Shown piece by piece: positions 60,101 through 64,000 of a DNA stretch of 64,000 nt (position 1 is the stretch's first letter; every line of letters starts with the position of its first letter). A program made the position numbers and the translations under genes. Source of the DNA: Pocillopora damicornis. Lineage: Eukaryota. The notes under the pieces are model-generated. The model did no database searches. It worked only from the letters and a program-made list of their open reading frames with translations, and was not told the origin of the DNA. The stretch is from assembly GCF_003704095.1 (NCBI RefSeq), contig NW_020844538.1:62001-126000 (forward strand), in the 5' to 3' direction.

Positions 60101-62657
60101 TTTATTAAAATGGTTATCGACTAAGTAAGGTTGGGACCGGGAAAATGTTGGTCAAAATTAATGTTTTCCCGTCCTTGCTTACTGAAACGTTTACTTGCTT
60201 TTCTTGTAGGTTATGGTTATTCTTCTTATTCTTCTGGCTGCGTTTGCATTTTCTCTCTACGTCGTGGTTCCAAAAGACGAGGTCAGTTAAGTAAACGATA
60301 AGGAAGAATCTTTACTTCCCTAAAATTAACGATAAAAAATTGTTGGGCGGTTAAAATTTTACGTGTATTCCACCCCTAGCTGGTTTAAACCATGCTCGTA
60401 ACTAAGCTCGAGCGCAGTTAAGTTAATGTCTTATAATGTATTTGAACAAAGGATAATTTTATCATCCTCATCATGATCTTTGTTCACATGATAGTTTCAT
60501 CCCTATAAATTTTGAACCCTTACTTACGAGCAGGCCTTCATTATTAGCAGAATAATTAGGTTTTATCAGTTGAGTTGACAACGTAGATTGGCCACAGTAA
60601 AGAGCTTCCAAAAGCTGACGTTCTGAGCGTCAGGGCGAATGCATCCCTGACGAAGGGCTACCGCTCAAAACGTTAGCTTTCGAAACTCTTTACTGAGGCC
60701 AATTTACATTATCAACTCAGTTGATAAAACCAAATTATCTTCTAATACTCCCCACCGACACATCACCACAGTTTCCTTGGAAACGTACCCCCTGTCCTAA
60801 TTATTAGCAATGAGGGACGCATCCTTATTCACTTTTTAAATGTTCACTTTTGCTTATGGTTCTCTTTTAGAGCGACGCAGGAAATCGTCGCTTTCACAAC
60901 ATTTCTTCCTCATTCGCTGCTACATTCTTTATGATGCTGGATAATTTGCAATATGACAACATCCTTCTGAATTACGATAGCGAGGACAGCGGTGTAGGCA
61001 ATGGCTTGGTGCTGTATGTGTTGTATATTGCATACTGCTTCATGATGCCGATAATATTCCTGAACTTACTGGTGAGTGATGAAAGATATTTCCTTGTTGG
61101 TATTGTGCAATGTGAGTATGACTAACTCCGATTAACTGTTGCGAGGAACAGGTCCCTGGCTAATTTTGAATACGGTGGCATATCTTTATTTTTGCCATAA
61201 AACAAGCTATAAGCAAATGACTGATGATACAATAAATCGTGACATTAAAAAGAAATTTTCAATCTAATATCAGATCGGGTAATTTGATATCGTCAACTGA
61301 GCTGATGACTTAAATCGGCCTCCGTAAAAGAGTTTCTTTGTCAGAGTCATTCACTCTGATCAAGGCCAACATTCGAAACTTTAAAACACTTTATGGTGGC
61401 CAATTTTCGTTATCAACTCAGTTGATGATACCAAATCACCCTGTTGTACTCTCCCACCGACGTAGCCTGACCACAGTTCTCTAAAAGCTTACCCCCTTCT
61501 TGATTTCAGATCGGTTTGGCTGTTGGAGATATTGACACTATTCGAAAGACAGCTGCACTGGAGAGATACACGAGTCAGGTCTGTCGGATTCAGAGGATTT
61601 GTTATCACTTTTGTGAAGAACCAGTCGTTATTTGATACAATGTAATGAAAAAAATATTATTCCTGCGACTGAATTCCTACCGAAATTGAATCAGCTGAAT
61701 TACAAGTGACTCTCAGGACATTCCATGGTAAACATTTAATATTCGAAACCTTTGGTTGACAAGTACATGCGTATGCTTATAACGATACCGTTTTCTTTCT
61801 ATACTGATATTTAGGTGGAGCACCTGTCTCAACTAGAGCGCGCCATACCAACCTTCATCCTCAATAGTGTCCTGGTCACTGAATATGTAGAATATCCCAA
61901 CAAACCAAAGAATTTCAAGACCAAGGTTTGACCTCGCGTATTATTGCGTATTCTGTTCATCTTTCAGTAGACACGAGTTATTAAAGTTAAAATTCTTGTT
62001 CATCTCAAACCTTTAATCCATAACAGTGATGAGCATCTCATTTCTCCTTGCAGTATCACCTCTGAGTCAAACATTAAGGTCATCAGAATAAGGGAAATGA
62101 TCACCAACGAAAGAAGCTCTTGATTGTTTGAAAAACTCTCCTTGCTAATACTAAAGAAAATGTGCAGATAAAAGTGTGGAGAATATGTATACTGATGTTT
62201 GGATGTAAATAGCTTATAGTTAATTCTCTAGTTTTCCTCTTTTGGACTTTCAGATTGTGGACATACTCGTAAAACTTTTGTCTCCTCGCCAAGAGAACGA
62301 TGAGAAACAAGAAATTGCGGAAGATCTCAGAGAGACTATTGAACGACATGATGAACAGTAAGTTGGCTTATGAAAACTCTTACGCATCGGAAGAACTCAT
62401 ATTAAGATAGACGGATATTAAGGCAGACGGCCGTTGTGTAAAATTCTGCCCAAAAAGCGATTGCATGCACCCGAAGTCATGAAGTTACCTTTGCACTCAT
62501 TATATGTTTTGCTAGGTTGAGAGAAATAACTTCATCTATAAAGAAGCAAAGCGCATTACTTGAAGAACTTCGGGACATCTTCATGGATAAAAAGCGAAGA
62601 CCTAAGCGGGAAGAGCCAGCAGAACAGTATCCAGACGGAACTGAATTTTACGTCTAA
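33179..62657 (+). CDS. TRPA1: TRPA1-like cation channel (16 ankyrin repeats, 6 TM, TRP-like helix, coiled coil). First exon B 33179-33373. Shared exons 39555-39663, 40563-40738, 41313-41429, 41868-41976, 42109-42206, 42794-42841, 43476-43609, 44313-44361, 44746-44937, 45190-45276, 46245-46330, 54955-55116, 55348-55462, 55638-55807, 56271-56355, 56853-56909, 57535-57621, 57901-57971, 58206-58314, 58925-59047, 59232-59386, 59906-59966, 60210-60281, 60871-61071, 61510-61578, 61815-61925, 62254-62357, 62516-62657
   Basis: Sixteen TPLH-type repeats; MPEVAKKFLDRC; LTHTLCSVLMDIKW; KELFQ...NNWLE; GLYIVM; MPIIFLNLLIGLAVGDI; YPNKP. All introns are GT-AG with matching phases; stop TAA at 62655-62657. 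Which first exon is used is uncertain. Confidence 0.9.
38091..38201 (+). CDS. Candidate alternative first coding exon C of the TRPA gene (37 aa)
   Basis: AAGATGC start, MLNLENGTCSRTRTSSYDARNAREENWQTLAHFVHFR, phase-0 donor CGG|GTAATT. Confidence 0.4.
40826..40947. mobile_element. Small MITE with a perfect 25-bp inverted repeat, inserted in a SINE-tail-like repeat
   Basis: ATCAGTATCTGGGCAACTGCCCACC ... GGTGGGCAGTTGCCCAGATACTGAT; CAAGGACC repeated at 40818 and 40962. Confidence 0.75.
47211..48134 (+). CDS. Orphan class-A (rhodopsin-family) GPCR 1, intronless, 307 aa, nested in a TRPA intron
   Basis: Seven hydrophobic segments, NLLLISLGASDLLIG, TVDRYICI, TM4 Trp, FCYARIF, SYIP, NSSVNSW; N-terminal NYS sequon. 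Confidence 0.9.
   Translation: MMASSSLDSSASFSNYSDYGPSWQTVREESVSLAVFGAVLSFVLSSLSIAGSILLVAVILRFPQLRHVPSNLLLISLGASDLLIGLLAQPLLGLCALSTESCASIVPIPPIFLLYFGSFLFYSSCLNLTMMTVDRYICIVESLRYQTIVTEGKVCLTIFISWSISVVLPVTHLFRSFMVVTIFLQIIFISSLLFIIIFCYARIFCISRRHKRQISDQLQAVTQGTIKQDFKSAKTVFLMIGVVSVSYIPLIMIKLFLAAGITSDYVKMIHPFATTFFLLNSSVNSWIVFFRSRKLRSFPKRLFKCDS
48290..48590 (+). mobile_element. Decayed coiled-coil ORF1-like fragment of a LINE
   Basis: Relic KIKTLRKENDLLKRRLGDLRAEFKSIK...KDVQFVSDS*D with stops and frameshifts. Confidence 0.4.
48610..48643 (+). mobile_element. Truncated tRNA-derived SINE head
   Basis: AGCTCAGTTGGTAGAGCATTGCACCGG has an A box/D arm but no T arm. Confidence 0.5.
48875..49081 (+). pseudogene. 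3'-truncated duplicate of GPCR 1 (N-terminus and TM1 only), with ~185 bp of duplicated upstream sequence
   Basis: MMASSSPDSSALFLNYSDYGPCWQTVREQSVSFAVFGAVLSFVL versus GPCR 1 MMASSSLDSSASFSNYSDYGPSWQTVREESVSLAVFGAVLSFVL; homology ends at PQL; 48690-48874 aligns to 47014-47210. Confidence 0.88.
50468..50575. repeat. 108-bp segment repeated at 54337-54444 (3 mismatches)
   Basis: AAAAACGGTTCT.GTGAATAAAGTAGCTT.AAGTAAACTGATTGAAG...AAAACTTTTTGAA. Confidence 0.95.
52361..53287 (+). CDS. Orphan class-A GPCR 2, intronless, 308 aa, paralog of GPCR 1, nested in the same TRPA intron
   Basis: NLLLMSLSASDLLIG, TVDRYICI, FCYTRIF, SYIP, NSSINPWIIIY; N-terminal sequons NIS and NDT. Confidence 0.92.
   Translation: MENISQANDTLTSIAPYLYKGPSWQNVRKYSVPLAHFGAVFTLVLPFLSISGSILLMAVILRFPQLRHIPSNLLLMSLSASDLLIGLLAQPLHGLCALSKERCASIVPIPPIFLLYFGSFLFQSSCLNLTMMTVDRYICIVESLRYQTIVTETRVNMAIIITWSISAVIPLLRFNLSLIIISKILMVIFLASVLLIIIFCYTRIFCISRRHKRQITRQLQAVTQRRAQQEFKSANTMFLVIGAVLVSYIPLMMINILLTAGIFNYVVKIVHPFAATFVVLNSSINPWIIIYRSPKLHRFLKKLFKRHP
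54445..54544. other. Assembly gap (100 N) inside the GPCR-bearing intron
   Basis: Run of N. Confidence 1.
60565..60792. mobile_element. Penelope-like hammerhead repeat with inverted arms
   Basis: GGCCACAGTAAAGAG...AAAGCTGACG ... CTGACGAAGGGCTACCGCTCAAAACGTTAGCTTT...CTCTTTACTGAGGCC plus the shared tail. Confidence 0.65.
61290..61497. mobile_element. Penelope-like hammerhead repeat, strongly decayed
   Basis: CTCTGATCAAGGCCAACATTCGAAAC...GGTGGCCAATT...TATCAACTCAGTTGATGATACCAAAT...CCCACCGACG. Confidence 0.55.
62006..62215. mobile_element. TTAA MITE, degenerate (18949-type)
   Basis: CATCTCATTTCTCCTTGCAGTATCACC...GAATAAGGGAAATGATCACCAA...GGAGAATATG. Confidence 0.6.
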
Positions 62658-64000
62658 TTGCTTACTACGTGGATCCGGAGTATGATTGAGTGCAATATAA
62701 CCGCTGCTACATGGCATGGCGGACAGGTAGCCTATTTGCGAGACCTCTTCCCGACGCCATTTTTTTTCCACTGTAAGGTATCTGTTGGGAAGTAGGTGCA
62801 TTACTCAAGGTGGCAGGCACACCGTTACAGCAGTAAACGCAACATATGACAACAAAATAAACGATGGCCGCTTCTGAAAAGCCTACGATGAACACTCATG
62901 GAGATTTCGAGAAGACTTTCTTTGTGAGCTTTATGGCTCAATTAAAACTGCAAAGTTCTCGAACAGGCTGAAAGACTAAGCTAATTAGCGAAAGATCATT
63001 AGCTTAAACTTAAAAGAAAGCTCGACAACTTCAAGGGAAATTAAATACGACAACAGAATATATGTTCACGGCATAGTTCGTGGGATGAGTCATAATCAGT
63101 TGAGTACTAGAACCAGTGAAAATGATCTTCGTCCTTCGGAGTTTTACGTTCCACGAGTCAATTTCAAATTAGACAGATAGATAATTATATCACCGTAAGA
63201 AAGGCTCATTACTATATTGTACAAAAGAGGGGCTTGCAAGGGCACTTTTTTACTTCAAAATGACGACAAGCAATTTTTATTTACGATGAAATCGTCTTCA
63301 CCAACTTCAAACGAGGAGAGTGACAATTTACATTTATCAATTACCTAATTTGTTAGTAAAGTTTGATATTTGAAAACATATAGGTTTTTGGCAGGACCAT
63401 ATCAATTATTAACAATGTTTTTCAAATGAATTACCCTATCGAGAAGGTAAGGAAAGACAGTTTAAATGTTTTAGAAGACCAAACCCAGGTTTTCAATGAC
63501 TCTCCCTGTCGTGAGGGCAAGGAAGGACAATTTATATTTTTTGGAAACGAAACGATTTTATTATTTTCCAATTTACCTTCGCAGTTACTGAGCGCTTTGT
63601 CTACTGCATTTTAGCTGTCTCTTGTTTTATCACGTTCCCGTGCTGACACTACAGTTGTCAATGAGAAACTGAGATTAGAAAACAATACGTTTTGTGTTTG
63701 AAAATATGTAATTTAGTTAAGCTTTTCAAAAGAGCACTTTGTTTTAGTTAATAGGATTAAACTCTAATGAGGAAACAAAAAATCAAGCAGACAGACCGTC
63801 GTCACATCTTGTTGGTTACGTCTTTATTTTTCGTGGAACGGGGGGAAAAGGGCGAGCTTAATTCAGTACAGTGGAGGAGAGGCAAGGAAGACAGTTTGAA
63901 AGGGAATTCTAGAAACTATCTCTAAAACAGAGAGTAACAGATATAGAAAGTCTCTCAGAGGACGACAATTTTTAGCTTTCAATCAAAGAAATTTATGTTG

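Noticed and set aside
62864-63450. Possible first exons of a downstream gene (MAASEKPTMNTHGDFEKTFF|GTGAGC; MNYPIEK|GTAAGG)
   Set aside because: No downstream exon in the window to test; the first lies right after an AATAAA that may be the TRPA poly(A) signal

Overview
Eukaryotic, intron-rich, AT-rich animal DNA. The repeat families and gene content suggest a scleractinian coral (Pocilloporidae-like; inferred). Genes were assembled by hand from splice sites and reading-frame phase. In order: (1) the 3' end of AMFR/gp78; (2) an unannotated two-exon gene for a secreted, highly cationic peptide precursor; (3) a compact block of DHRS1(-) / DHRS4(+) / TP53RK(-) plus a 59-aa spliced microprotein (+) missed by the ORF track, which looks like ATP synthase subunit j (6.8PL/Atp18); (4) a pile of transposon relics (RTE LINE, TTAA MITE, Crypton remnant, Penelope-type hammerhead repeat); (5) a complete TRPA1-like channel gene with 16 ankyrin repeats, 28 shared exons and three candidate alternative first exons. 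An 8.6-kb intron of the TRPA gene contains, on the same strand, two intact intronless orphan class-A GPCRs, one truncated copy, and probably more copies collapsed in an assembly gap. There are two 100-N gaps. Reference sequences quoted for comparison are from memory and need alignment to confirm.
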